64,000 bases of DNA from Blasia pusilla (Eukaryota). Within the stretch, counting starts at the first letter, position 1; every line of letters starts with the position of its first letter. The stretch is taken from the NCBI GenBank assembly GCA_050084515.1, contig CM114271.1, forward strand, positions 19,778,001 through 19,842,000, read 5' to 3'. The position numbers were made by a program, and so were the translations under genes. The notes under the pieces were generated by a model. It saw nothing but the letters and a program-made list of their open reading frames with translations, was not told the origin of the DNA and searched no databases. Positions 48,604 through 62,100 of this stretch are shown here, in pieces.

Positions 48604-51600
48604 TCTATACTATTAAAAGAGTCCAGGGTCTTCTCCAGGGGGGCTCCGCGGCATGACACGTGTCCACTTAGAGAGGCCTAGTACACAACACGTGTCCCTC
48701 ATCTGACGCTCCTTGCACAACATGTGTCGTTCACACATACATAGCTATTGGATCAAATTTTAGAGTACACGCGTGTTTAGGTTTTCGTACATACAATTAT
48801 GCCACTAATATTTATTAGCCGTTTTCCCATTAACCTTAAGCCATTTTTCCGTTTTGCAATTAACATCAAATCGTGGAGTGGTGATAGAGTTGATTTTTCA
48901 ATCGCGCCCAAGAGGTTGCGGTTGGGACTTCCATGTTTCTATCACGGCATCAATATTGCATACACCTGTGCAATGGTGCACTGTTTAGATGCTTCATATT
49001 ATTCATAGCTACACTATTTTTTTAGACGCTTCATACTCAGCTACACTTTTTTCCTATATACAACTCTTAAGTTGAGCAAGGGTTACACCCATAATCTACT
49101 CAATGTTTACCGAGTTTTTACATGTTTGCAAGTCTACATTCGAGGAAAGGACTAGATTCCATGCGACATCGTAAGTTCCTATCTCCTTTCTAATCAACCT
49201 GCACTTCTCTTTCTCTCATTCAACTTTTCCACGCTTCAACAACTCTCCTTCAGCTTTCTCAATCTACAAACCTTCAAGACAAGAAAGGAACTAACTTACT
49301 TCATTGTACAAAGTTGCGCAAAAAAATGTGAGCTATGATTGTAAGGCATACAGCTATGAAGGAAACACAAGCCAAGGGAAACAAAATAACTTACCCGTGT
49401 AGCTCTAAAAAGTTCTATGGGGTTAAACCTGCGGATATTACACCTTCAGATAGACCGTTGTGGTCTTTGATCACACAGGAAGATGCGATTAGGTTGGAGT
49501 CGAGTCCAAAGGTTGAAAACAGAGTCATCCCATAATGGGGGACTAAGTTGGGCTATGACAACAAACCTGACTTTGGCGATGCGAAAAGCGACTCAATTCC
49601 CTCCTCAGAACCTCCCTTTACTGAGTAGGACAGCCGCCAGAAGATGCCTCTCCAATCGCTCGAGTATGAACGGAGGGCTAAATCAAAGCGATTCATGAAT
49701 GAGGATCACAAGGGAAGCAACAAGAGACAACACACTGAAAGCTCATAAGAGTATATCCCACAACTTGTCAAAAGCCTCCAAGATATGAAGGATATGGGTG
49801 AAGAGCACCTTCAAGAGGAATCGTCTAGAAATACGAGCAGGTGTAGGCAAAAGTTCCGTCCTAGGTTAGCTACAAAGAGGAAGAGATTAACGCACATCAA
49901 TGTTGCCTTCAAAATTACATTGTAAGGTGTATGATGTAAAGCTCGTTCTATACGTAATCTATGTGCTTGCATATCATGCTTCTATTATGCACTCTAAAAA
50001 AGTTTTGCAGCCCTGCATTCTTCCCCACGTCTTATTTATCTTATTATTATTTTAATCCTTTTTCCTATTTTTTCCTATTTATTAATTCAATTTTCCCCTT
50101 TTTTCCTCCTTTTTTTTTTTTTCTTTCCCATAAATATATTTTTCAATTCTTAAATATTTTCCTCACTATTTTCCCTGAAATTTATTTTCCTCTTATTTTC
50201 TCTGAAAATAATGTCTCATTTTGCTTCCTTTCAATTTATTTAAAAAAATCTTACCTTTTTCTCCTTTTTTATAATTTCTCAATTTGCTTTTCTCCAATCT
50301 TTTCTAATTTTTCCCTTTTTTCTATTTTATTACTTTATAAAAAGAGGATTGTGTTTGATGACCCCTTCCTTCGGTATAATTTTTGGCCTCCTTTGTTTAT
50401 GACACGTGTAACACAATATCTAAATTAACATAATAGAAGAGCTAAACTTCAACTAACGAGCGAGTTCCTTTCTTCATGAGTCATTTTACTCTATGTTTAT
50501 GTTTTTTGGAATCCCTTTCCTTTTTGAGTTTACAAATTCTATTGTTAGAATAATTTTTGATAATAATATGATAATTTTCTTATGTGTGCTCATAAGATTA
50601 ATCTATTGTATGTGTCCACAATAGGGTTGGTGCGACGGAGAATTCTGCACTTCGTGATATTACGAATATACCTCTTTGCCCACGGCGAGAGGAAGCACCT
50701 CTTACAACCTCCATCCCAATTTCTCCAACGTACGATATCCAATTTTATATATTCTCTTGCACGTTGTTGTGGTGTCAACTTTGTTTCATTGTATATTGTC
50801 CATGTACTATTAAAATAATTGTAGCTTTGGCCTTTTTGTACAGACTCCCTCTTCCATAAAATCCTCTGGATTTATGAGATTATCGAAGATGGCTTGCGCT
50901 GAGGGCCAAAAAGAAGAAATCGAGCCATTCGTGCACAAATAATGGGAGATCGGAGACAACGACAACCTCCTTTCCGCATTCAATCATCCCCCGCGCATGT
51001 TAAGCATATAATCGATACATCGCATTTTCCATTCTAATCCTTTCATGCTTTTGAAACTTGCTTACCGAAATTTATTTTGTTTTGTACTAACTTTGTAGCA
51101 TGCAAACTGTATGCTCAGACTTCCTATTCCATCAAATCCACCCTCTTTTCGTGATTTTCGTAAAGTCTTATGTGGAGAGGCACAAAAATGAAAAAGACTT
51201 CTTCGTGTCAAGACTTTGGCTCTAAAGAAACAAAAAAAGATGATATATCGTAGATATTACAACAAAAGAAGAGAAGTTGTTGGAGGAAGTCATCACAACT
51301 TTGGTGATGATTCACCCACTATGATAGACCAAAATTCTACCTCCATGATAAATAATATTGGAAGGTATGTATTTTCTCACATTTGGTATATTAAATATAC
51401 GAGGGATATTCTAATGAAAATTATATGATATTATTCTAACCTTTTGTTTGTAGGCGTTTGACTCAACATGGAATTACCGATTTTCCTACTATGGAGGATA
51501 TATATGTACTTGAATTTGATCAACCTATCAATAATATAGGAGTTATTATGGAAGACTCATATACTCAACAAGATGACGATGTTACCAACAATATCCCCAA

Positions 51601-54600
51601 GGTTCAAATATTTGAGATATCCACTCCTGTAACGCCTATAGTCGTCGAGCAAGTATCTTCTGCTCAACATGATAAAGACGTTATGAATCATATCCATGCA
51701 CTTCATACGACTCAAGTATCCACTCATGTTACACCTTTCATTGTTGAGCAAGTATCTTTTGCAGGGCATGGATTAAATCTTCCAATTGAGAGTGCTCAAT
51801 CACCAGGTCATAATGTTAGACGAGCTTCAAGAGTCAACATCTCACTCGATATTGCACGAATGAGCAACTCCCAAGAGAGTGATACAAAGAAGTTAAGATT
51901 ACAAGGAGTTATCAACCAGTAATTGGGCGTCTTACTATTGGTTCTATGACGGAAATATGCCCTTTATGCTATGCGCTACATTGGAAGTGTGAAAAGGTGA
52001 AAAATTCAAGGTATCGGAACTCACTATTTGGAATGTGTTGTATTCATGGAAAAGTACAACTCCCATTCTTAAGGTGTTGTCCTCCATTCTTGAAATCATT
52101 GATTAGTGGTGTTGGACCTCAAAGTCTTCATTTTCTTACACACACTCGAGCTTATAATCGTGTTCTTCAATTAGCATCAACTGTAGCTAAAGTCAAGGAG
52201 CAAGTTGTTGGCATTGGACACTTTCATATTCAAGGTGGTATTTATCACATCATTGGACCATTGCATCCTGATGAGGGGAGTAATCCCCAATTTGCTCAGC
52301 TTTACATCTACGATACTGAAAATGAATTGCAAAATCGGGGGAGAGTTATGTCTGATGATCTTCGACCATAGATATTAAGAGGATTGCAAAATATGTTACA
52401 TGAACATAATCCTTATGTGAGGATATTTTGACACATTGCAAATAAGGCAAGTGGACCTAATCTTCGTATTATTCTAATGGCGCATAATCGAGGAATGGAT
52501 TCCAAACGTTACAACTTACCAACTGCATCTAAGGTTGCTGCAATCTTACTTGGTGATGGTAGTGAAGTTGTTGACAATTGTGATATTATTGTCCAATTAC
52601 ATGGTGGAGGCATTGGTTATATTTCAGATCTAAATGAAGCATATGTTCCATTGCATTTTGTATTATTATTTATCTATGGTGAAGCATGTTGGCATCCAAG
52701 AATACCTTATGGGAAATTTGAAGAAATCACAACTGCCAATATTCCTACTTCAGTGGATGCAGATATGGAAGGATTGGATGACATCATAGAGGAAGAAAGA
52801 ATCGATGATAAAAAGGCTCATGATGGAAGGAGAAAATTGTTACCGCGCTACAATTCGCTTCTTTTCGACTTCAAACCTGTGTTGGTGTTGAAGATGATAA
52901 TTGTTTGCTTCGATTTGGTCGTCTCAATCAAGAGTACATGGTTGATATTTATGGCACAATAGAGATGCAACGACTAACTTGGGTTCGTTTAAATGAAAAG
53001 GAGTTGTGAGCAGATTTATATCAAGGTCTAAAGGATGCCATGTATCAAAGTGACGAGGATGGTGCAAGGTTTGGGAGGCGCATTGTATTGCCTTCTTCTT
53101 TTAGTGGGGGATCCACGCCATATGCATCAACTTTATGAAGATGCCATGGCCATTGTGAGGCAACTCGGAAAACCATATTATTTTCTTACAATGACGTGCA
53201 ATCCTAAATGGGAGGAGATCACTTCAGCACTATTGCATGGTCAAAAACCTACTGATAGACCAGATTTGATTGTGAGAGTCTTTGAGAAAAAAAAAAAAAA
53301 GCTATTGAGGCTTCTTATTGAGAAGAACATCTTGGGTAGGGTTGTAGGTTGCATTAAGGTTGTTGAATTCCAAAAAAGAGGTCTACCACATGTTCATATT
53401 ATGATTATTCTTGATCAAGAGGATAAGTCGCGCTCTACATCAGATTATGATGATATAATCTCAGCTGAGATCCCCAATCCAAACACTCAACCAAAACTCC
53501 ATTCTATTGTAACTAATTGCATGGTTCATGGCCCACGTGGACAACTCAATCCCAATGCTTCATGTATGGACAAGGAAACCAATAAGTGTACCAAAGGCTA
53601 TCCTTTGCAAGCATAACTACGGAGAGATAGGATGGTTATCCAATTTATCGAAGGTATGCAATCTATGACATAATTTTAATCTTTTGGATATCCAACAACT
53701 TAAATTTTTTATATATATATCTGCTATTGTTATTGACTTTTACCTTTCTTTCTTATGATACATGATGGATAATGGTATTAAGGTAATGAAGCGCGATCAA
53801 AGTTTGGACAACCGTTGGATTGTTCCTTACAGTCCTTTTTTATGTACTCTCTTTGATTGTCATATCAATTTGGAGATCACGAATAGCATTTCTATTGTTA
53901 AATACATACATAAATATGTTTATAAGGGATGCGATGCAATATCATTTAAGGTGACAAATGATGGAACTACAGAGACAACGACAAGGGAGATAATCAATGA
54001 AACAACACATTATCTTGATGCAAGGTAATGCCTTTTCAATAAAAAAAGTTTCTTTTGCTTTGTACAATACATGAGTACGAAGATGTATTTTTTTTTTTCA
54101 ATTCTGAACATATTTGATTATTTTGTGTATCATACACAGATATGTCTCTTCCTCTGAAGCAAGTTGGAGATTGTTCAAGTTTAGTCTACATGTAGAACAT
54201 CCAAGTATCGTAAGGTTGGTAGTTCATCCACTTGAGTTACAAACAATTTTCTTCAATGAGCATGACAATATGCAATAGATATTACAAAGGAATAGGGAGA
54301 TAACTCTTACACAATGGTTTGCAACTAATCGTTTGGATTTGGAGGCTTGAAAGTATTTATATAATGAGTTCCTTCCTATTATCGTTGGAGCAAAAAAAGA
54401 TGAATTCGTATAATTCAAAGGAGAAATGACCGTGGACATCCAATTGTTCGCTTATAACTTACTCACCCAGGTACTTTTATTTCCAATTTCCTCAATGTAC
54501 TTACAAATTATGTAAATATATATAAAAAATCATCCTTTAATCATTGCAGTATTCGGTGTATTAAGCAAATATATTCAAGTTTTGAAATATAGATGAAGGA

Positions 54601-56860
54601 GAATCACATTGGTTGCGGTTGCTACTTCATCATATTCGAGGCGCAACTACATTTGAATACTTAAGAACTGTTCATGGAATGTTATATCCAACATTTAAGG
54701 AGGCCGCTATTCAAATGGGGCTTATTTAGGATGATAGGGAAGTATTCTCATGCTTTCAAGAAGCCTCAGAAATCCGCATAGGTCGTCCGTTGCGTAAACT
54801 CTTTGCTATTATTCTCGCTTATAATAGACCAACCGAACCTGATAAACTATGGAGTGAATTTTTGGGCCCACTCATTGAGGATCTCCTCTATCAACAACGT
54901 GAGGTAATTGCGTATCGTATTTTTGTAATAATAATTTTTATTTTCTGATTTTATTTTTGGACTTATTTTCCCATCGTGGCCTTTATGCAGAAAATAGGGA
55001 TACCCGATCTTGATCCAAATTATTCAATTATTAACACGGCATTATTGGAAGTCCACTACCATTTGCAAGATCAAGGAGAATGATTATCCGATTTCCCCAT
55101 ATGCCCCAAGCGGATTTCCAAACTTCATCTTTATATTCCTATTTGGAAGTAGAAGAGCTCCAATATGATCGAGATGACCTACATGAACGAGCTAGGCTTG
55201 GAGAGGAAACTTTGAATGACGGACAACGGTTGATTTGGGATGGTATTCACAATAAACTCAAAAGCATCCTTGCGGATGATATTACTTCGAGTTCAAATTT
55301 GTTCTTCATTGACGGACCTGGGGGAACTGGAAAAACCTTCTTATACAATCTTCTTCTTGCAAGTGTTCGAGGTGTTGGAGGCATAGCTTTAGTTGTTGCT
55401 TCATCGGGGATAGCTGCTTTGTTGTTAGATGGAGGACGCACTACACATTCATGTTTTAAGATTCCCATCAACGTAGATGAAAATTCTACTTGCAAGTAAG
55501 TAATATGCCTACTTCATTTCTTTGTAAGTCTTCTATCATGGTAAAGAGTTATCTTGCCAAAAATATTAATATCTTTGAGTACGATTTTTGTAATCTACGT
55601 GTTTATAGCGAAGTTGCGCGCTTGATTCAAAGGGCTTGGCTTATTATATGGGATGAGGCACCTATGACTCATCGCCATGTATTTGAGGTTGTAAATCGAT
55701 CCTTTCAAGATATCATTGGAGTGGTATGCGGAGACTTGAGGAATGTTCCGTTTGGTGGCAAATTAATAGTTTTTGGTGGGGATTTTCGCCAAGTCTTGCC
55801 CGTTGTTCGTCATGGAAACCGTCTAAAAATTATTCAAGCTACATGAAAGAGGTAAACTTTATGGTCTTATGTGAGGGTAATGAAGCTAACGACCAATATG
55901 AAAGTTCAAAATTTGGAAGTGAACATGCGGGTACAACAACAAGTTTTTGCAGATTGGATATTGGAGGTTGGAGAGGGCCGTGTGTCTTTGCAAGCTCATT
56001 TGGGAGAGGATTTCATATAATTTCCAAGTGATATGATGACCAAAAGTAAGAAAATCAATGATCTTATTGAGATTATCTACGGAAATGATTTTGAAAAGTT
56101 TCGTGACATTAATTTTTTAAGAGATACAACAATTCTTACAGTGAAAAATCAAGATGTTAATGACATCAATACATAAGTTATGTCTCGATTCTATGGAGAG
56201 GTAATATTCATGTCATTCTCCTTAGGTGTTATTTAATTCTATTATGCATCAATACTAAAATCATATTCTAATTGACATATCTTTGTTTTATGTAGGAACG
56301 CACTTACCTTAGTGTTGATACTATTCCGGATGAGGGAATGAGTTAGATTTATTCTTAAATACTTGCTTGCCATGAGGTTTGCCACCACATCGTTTAACTT
56401 TGAAAATTAATGCACCTATCATGCTTTTATTGAATTTGAATGGTTCAAAGGGACAAGCCAACGGAACTCGGTTGGTAATTCGTGGATTCATGCAACATGT
56501 CATTGATGCCAAAATCATTACAAGAAAGAACACTGGCGATCGGGTCTTTATTCCACATATCCCATTGATTAAGTTAAATTCAGGTTTACCTTTTGATTTA
56601 TGTAGATTTCAATTTCCGATTCTTCCGCTTTTGCCATGGCTATCAATAAATCTCAAAGGCAGACCTTGAAAAAGATAGAAATTTTTCTACCTACATGAGT
56701 CTTTCCTCATAGTCAATTATATGTAGCATTGTCACGAGAAAGACAAAAAATTACAATACATATCACACTAGGAAGTGGTGCCTTTTCAAATGAGAAAGAT
56801 ACTTTATTGAAATAATTTTTTTCTTATTGATATCTTTGTACCCGTGCACCTTACCAGTAG
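48604..56860 (+). mobile_element. Helitron (canonical type) with a degenerate intron-containing RepHel gene
   Basis: 5' terminus A|TCTATACTATTAAAAG at 48604; RepHel motifs downstream; half of a typical terminal hairpin (cccgtgca) at ~56841. The 3' end is uncertain and may extend to 59008. Confidence 0.75.
51946..56740 (+). pseudogene. Helitron RepHel (zinc finger, HUH Rep, Pif1 helicase)
   Basis: [93 protein letters not shown]; stops and frameshifts. Confidence 0.92.
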
Positions 56861-56967
56861 AATTAAACCTAATACCTTAGGCGTCGCCGACAATCAACCC
56901 TTGTCTATACGACCGTCCTTTTCAAAATTCACAATGAGGAAAACATCGCCGCAACTAAGGGGCATTC

Positions 56968-58907
56968 ATGTTGCCGTTGTAGAGAAACCTGATGGGAGCA
57001 GGGATTGCCACCACGTTGGGCTCCCTGGTACTATCTTGATGACTGTGGTTGGGCTCATTCACTCGTCTCCTCGGCTTTCTGTCTCGGAGCTTCTTTACAC
57101 GGGAGATACCTTTCTGCCTTCTCCTACTCCTGCTGCTGCAGCTGCTGATGTGGGGCCCTCTTCTTACGTTGTGCTCTTTCCTTTCACGCTTCCGTGCATT
57201 AGGGCTGTGTTTCTTCCCCTCCTTCTCTTCTTGCGCTCGCGATCTGTGTAATCTCGCGCGGATTGATGCGCGTTTGAACAATCCGCCACTGCTTCTTCAT
57301 CTGGTCTCGGCTATGGCGCAATGGCGCCTCGCGATCCCCTCAGCCCGGGTAAGATCCGATCGCTTCCGGTGTTTTCGCCAATCTCGTGCTCATCAGTAGG
57401 GAGAATTTTGTTAGCGGTAATTGAGTACCCAGTGCGTGCCATCGCCTGTTGCGAGCAATAGACGCCAGTGTCGATGACGGAAGATGAGTCAGGAGGAGCA
57501 GACGGTTGTTTTAGTGCACGCTGTGGAGCGTGGAAGATCTCTGTCGCTTGTGGTTTTGGGTGCTGCTCTTGGAGTTTCAGTGGGAATCGACCGCTGCAGA
57601 CGTTGATCGTTGGTAGCTTGTGCCTGCTCAATGTTTGCAGAGCAACAGCAGGTACTGGAGCTGACGCGGCTTGCGGGGCTCAACATTCGCGACGACATCT
57701 TTGCAATTGTAAGTACTAGATTAGGCATCGAGTAGCACTTCAGTTCCACACGGCTTTCTGAATCTGATCTAGCATAAAGTATCTCCATGCAGAGTTGTTA
57801 TTGAAAAATCACTTGGAGGAGGGAACAACTGCTCCTGGAGTTGCACTGAATGCTCTAAGTGGAGGGGTAATGCGAAAGTCATACGTGAAACGTCACGATC
57901 GCTCTCAAATGTACTGCGGTGGAAGTGTAGTAATTCGTGGAAGTATCAATTTGGAAGGTCAAGCTATCAGGAGCATCATGATTGTTCATGTGGATGGTCT
58001 TCAGACTCCAGGGTTGCTTTTCGGATGCTCTCGATTCGGAAACGACCTCTCTCTCCGTTTAAGGTTACGTAGTGTTTTTGCTCGGGGTGACTTTGGAGGT
58101 GGTAGTTCTGTTTGCCAATTCAAACTCCACTTACGACAGGGAGTCGCCTTTGGGACGCCACTCGTCAGTTGCTTGTTCTGAACCGGGGCTTTAAGTGACG
58201 TAGACTAGAAGCATACTGTATACCATGCTTTCTGTGGTAATGGCGATCTCTAATTCTTCAGTGGACCTGCTGAAGATGGCTCAAAGAAGGACGAGTTTAC
58301 CTTTATTTCACTGTTCTAGGAGAAATTACTTACTTGTACTGATCACACCCCACTGTTCTATTCAGTTGTTGGAGTTGATGCAAAGTGACGCAACGCCCAT
58401 GCTGGTCCTTCAAGTGCTTAGATCGCTGGCAGGCGTTATCCCTCAGTCAAGCCCTCCTACATCATCCAGAACTTCCTTGTCTGGTCGCTACACCTAGTTG
58501 CAAATGCAGCTATAATTGAACAAAGAAACGTGGTACAAGAATTAGGTCATCATGACGGGTGCTGCGTCCGCAGTGTTTCTGTTGGACATGAAGGGTCGAG
58601 TTTTAGTATGGCGAGATTACCGTGGTGATGTTTCGGCTGCCCAAGCAGAGCGTTTCTTCAGCAAGCTGGTGGATGGGGAGGTGAGTTGTTTGAAGATAGA
58701 TCACTTTTTTCCTCGTTTGATCTTGATTTACGTCAGACCCAAAATATGAAGAAAATTGTCAAATTTGAAAGGAGGCTATAAGGCTGCATCTTCCATCTTT
58801 AAAGAAAAAAAGTCATTTGGCTCAACTTGTGCATTGAGTATTCAAAGAACTGATCGTCCTTCACATAGTCAAGGATGTACAAGCTATGATCACCTCACTA
58901 ATTGTGG
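56968..58907 (+). repeat. Inverted duplicate of the AP1M upstream region, 5' UTR, exon 1 and most of intron 1 (source ~17762-19696)
   Basis: Continuous reverse-complement similarity, for example ORF pairs 18162-18434/58225-58497 and 17901-18107/58552-58749. It ends at aattgtgg just before the exon 2 acceptor. Confidence 0.95.
58552..58680 (+). pseudogene. AP1M: Orphan copy of AP1M exon 1 (43 codons, intact donor)
   Basis: [43 protein letters not shown]|gtgagt; one amino-acid difference from the parent gene; no exon 2 follows. Confidence 0.88.
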
Positions 58908-59172
58908 TGTTTTTTTTGTTGACCTTCGGGTTGCGTTAATTTTGTTAGCGTTAATGTAGTAGCCACTTCGTACCAACCGGTGGTGCGAGAAATAGTGGCA
59001 AAGACTAATGAGGATGAGACCGATTGTCTCAGGGCGGTAATTGGCTGAGCACCTAATTAATCAGGTGAATTGTCGAGGAAAGGAGACGGATCAGGAAGCG
59101 GTCGGGGAATGAGAGCGCTCTTCGCTCTCTTCTCTTCTCTTCTCAAGGGAGGAGCGGAGGGAGACGGGCGCC

Positions 59173-62100
59173 ATGGAGCCCGAGGCCAACGTGGAGAGTG
59201 CCCGGATGATCAGAGTGGTGGTGGTGGCAGTGGGGCATATTCCGGCAGCGCAACTGCGAGACTATGTGGCGCTGGTGTTGCGTCATCAGCGCGTAGAGCT
59301 TCAGAATGTGAGGTTGTTTTACAAGGAGCATCAGAAGAGTCCGTTTGCGCAGCAGCCATGGGAGAGTGGCAGCCTGTGTTTCAAATTTCTTGTTGGGGGT
59401 GCACCGAGGAGTCCATGGGAAGATTTTCAAGCCAACCGGAAGTGCTTAGGAGTGATTGGGTTGCTGCATTGTCCCACATCGCCAGATATTGGCGCTGCAT
59501 ACGACCATTTCATGGCTATATGTAGGGCGTATCCATCCGCTCAGGAGAAACGCTGCTTCGCTCTGTATCCTAGTGATGCCCAGGTGAGTGCATTTCTGAA
59601 GGCTTTTGATTGTGATGTGGTGATTATGTAGTTTCTGTGCTTGTTTAAAATGCACTAAAATTTTGTCTGACCTGGGAATATCTGACTTACAAGGTGATGC
59701 TACACTCAGTTGTGTGCAAATCGGAGTCTTGGTGGGGTCCATTGTCACGACCAACATGTAAAGCGGATGGAAAGAGGCTCATGAGCTAGTGTAATCTAGA
59801 CGGCTTCCTTTCGACTGTGTTGAGTCTACTCTTGACCATGTTTTTGCCTGAGGATGATGTTCTGAGAAGGTCCGTTCACACACTCTTCCTATTTTACAGA
59901 ATTTCTGATCAGAGGGAGGCCTGTATGACGATCCCTGCAGGTTGAGCTGGATGATAAAAAACGACAGCATTTGATAATGTTTCCACCAGACCGCCAGATG
60001 TTGGAGCACCATATGCAGACTTTGATGCAAGACTTTGCCGCATCTCTACTTATGGCATTTGAAAGCTGGGTACTGCATGCAGAGCCTGTGGGAGCCATTC
60101 TGACGACTCCTCTTGATTCTCAGGCCTCACTTAATTCGGAAGAGGTTGTTCAAAGCTTTCACTTTGCTTAATATATGTAGCTGATTCTGGATTTTATCAT
60201 TTTCATGAGTTGGAGTGGCACGTGTGTTCTTATTAGAATGAGGTTTTTATGATTTAGTGTGTTGTCTGCGCTATTTGTAGGTTAGCAAAGCAAAGAAGAG
60301 GAGATTGGGGCGGGTTCAGAAGACTATCGGAGATTATTGCCTATTAGCAGGGTCACCCGTTGATGCTAACGCACATTACTCGACTGCCATTGATCTTGCA
60401 CGACTAACTGGTGATGTATTCTGGCATGCTGGGGCAATTGAGGGCAGTGTTAGTGCTCTAGTGGTGAGTTTCTTTTGCTGTGCCATCCATGCCAAGGTCT
60501 TTGCTTAATAATTCAGTCAAAACTGCTGAGAGCACCAGGTGAATCCAAGGAGCAGTCCTGGTATTTTTTCTGGTAAATCTATATTATTATGGGAGAGTGC
60601 CTTCTTGATTTGCAAACACCTCTTTGCTCGACATTTGGCAACCGGGCAGCAAGAAAATGTTTTTTATTCCACGGGCAGCATGAAAATGTTTTCCCCTCTA
60701 GGTGCAGCAAGACAGATGAAAATGTTTTCCTTCACTCCCACTAGTTTGTTAGATTTAGGAATCATCCTTCATCTGGTGAAACTGTCTAGACGGAAGGTGT
60801 ATATCATGCGGAGCTTTATGCGTTCTCAGGTGGACCGGGGTGGACGAAAAGATGTGCAGCTGGAAGAAGAAGTGAAGTACCGCTATTTTGAGGTCATCCA
60901 ACTCTATCATCGGTGCGATTGCGATCTCTTCAAAATATATCATCCTATAATTTTGTGGATCTGATCCATTATCATTTTGCATGGGAGACACCATTAGAAT
61001 TGTTGTGCATTCAGACAATTTTTTGGTATGCCATGAAATTAACCAGTTGATTGAAGGTTCTGGATTCAAGCACATGTTCACTCCATGAATTTGGGAAAGA
61101 GAGTTTTTGGGATTTTCCATCTTCAGTGTTACCCCCTATCTCATCGCTTAGAATCCTAGTGTTTGGGAACCTCATTTGGATCACACTTATCAGTATACAT
61201 CCTTCAGAAGAGTTTCACCTGGTACCAACTTCTAATGAAGGTTTTTTTGCGGTTGAATACTTTGATTGATTCATTTTACGACTCTTCCTACGTTGAAAAT
61301 TGATTGTTTCTAATATGGAATATTTTAGTATTGGAGCAAGTCGTAATTGCTTTAACTTAAGATGGCTTTAAACCCTCACTGGGTTTTGAATCAGCTTCAC
61401 TTTCACGATTTGTGAAGGAGCCTTGGCTTGATGTAAAGGCAGGTGGGTTATCACAAGAAGCAAAGATGCTGCATATCAATGGACTACTGTTAAGGGTTTA
61501 GGGTTTAGGGTTTAGGATGTATACTGATCCAAGTGATCAGTATACATCCTTCAGAAGAGTTTCACCTGGTACCAACTTCTAATGAAGGTTTTTTTGCGGT
61601 TGAATACTTTGATTGATTCATTTTACGACTCTTCCTTCGTTGAAAATTGATTGTTTCTAATATGGAATATTTTAGTATTGGAGCAAGTCGTAATTGCTTT
61701 AACTTAAGATGGCTTTAAACCCTCACTGGGTTTTGAATCAGCTTCACTTTCACGATTTGTGAAGGAGCCTTGGCTTGATGTAAAGGCAGGTGGGTTATCA
61801 CAAGAAGCAAAGATGCTGCATATCAATGGACTACTGTTAAGGTTCGGTGGATGTGTCTGCATGTGCAGGGCAACTGCCTTGTCGTTTGAGTTGGAGGCAA
61901 CATTGAAGCTAGCTCGCTTCCTCTGCAGGTGTGCTTTCAGCCTTGCAAGAAAGATTGAGATTGTTATCAGTGCATAAACAACTTGAGGCTGGAGACTTTT
62001 GGTTGCTTTGCTGCTTCCCAGAGCAAGGGTTGCACTGTTAGAGCTGGCCAGGTGCCCTGAGGCCATGGGTTGGTTGAGATTGAAGGTAAACAGGCGCTGA

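Noticed and set aside
49961-50428. 155-aa Phe-rich ORF
   Set aside because: Artefact of a T-rich low-complexity tract inside the Helitron.
59065-59172. In-frame acceptor that could fuse the AP1M exon 1 copy to TRS120 exon 1
   Set aside because: An in-frame TGA at 59110-59112 blocks the fusion.
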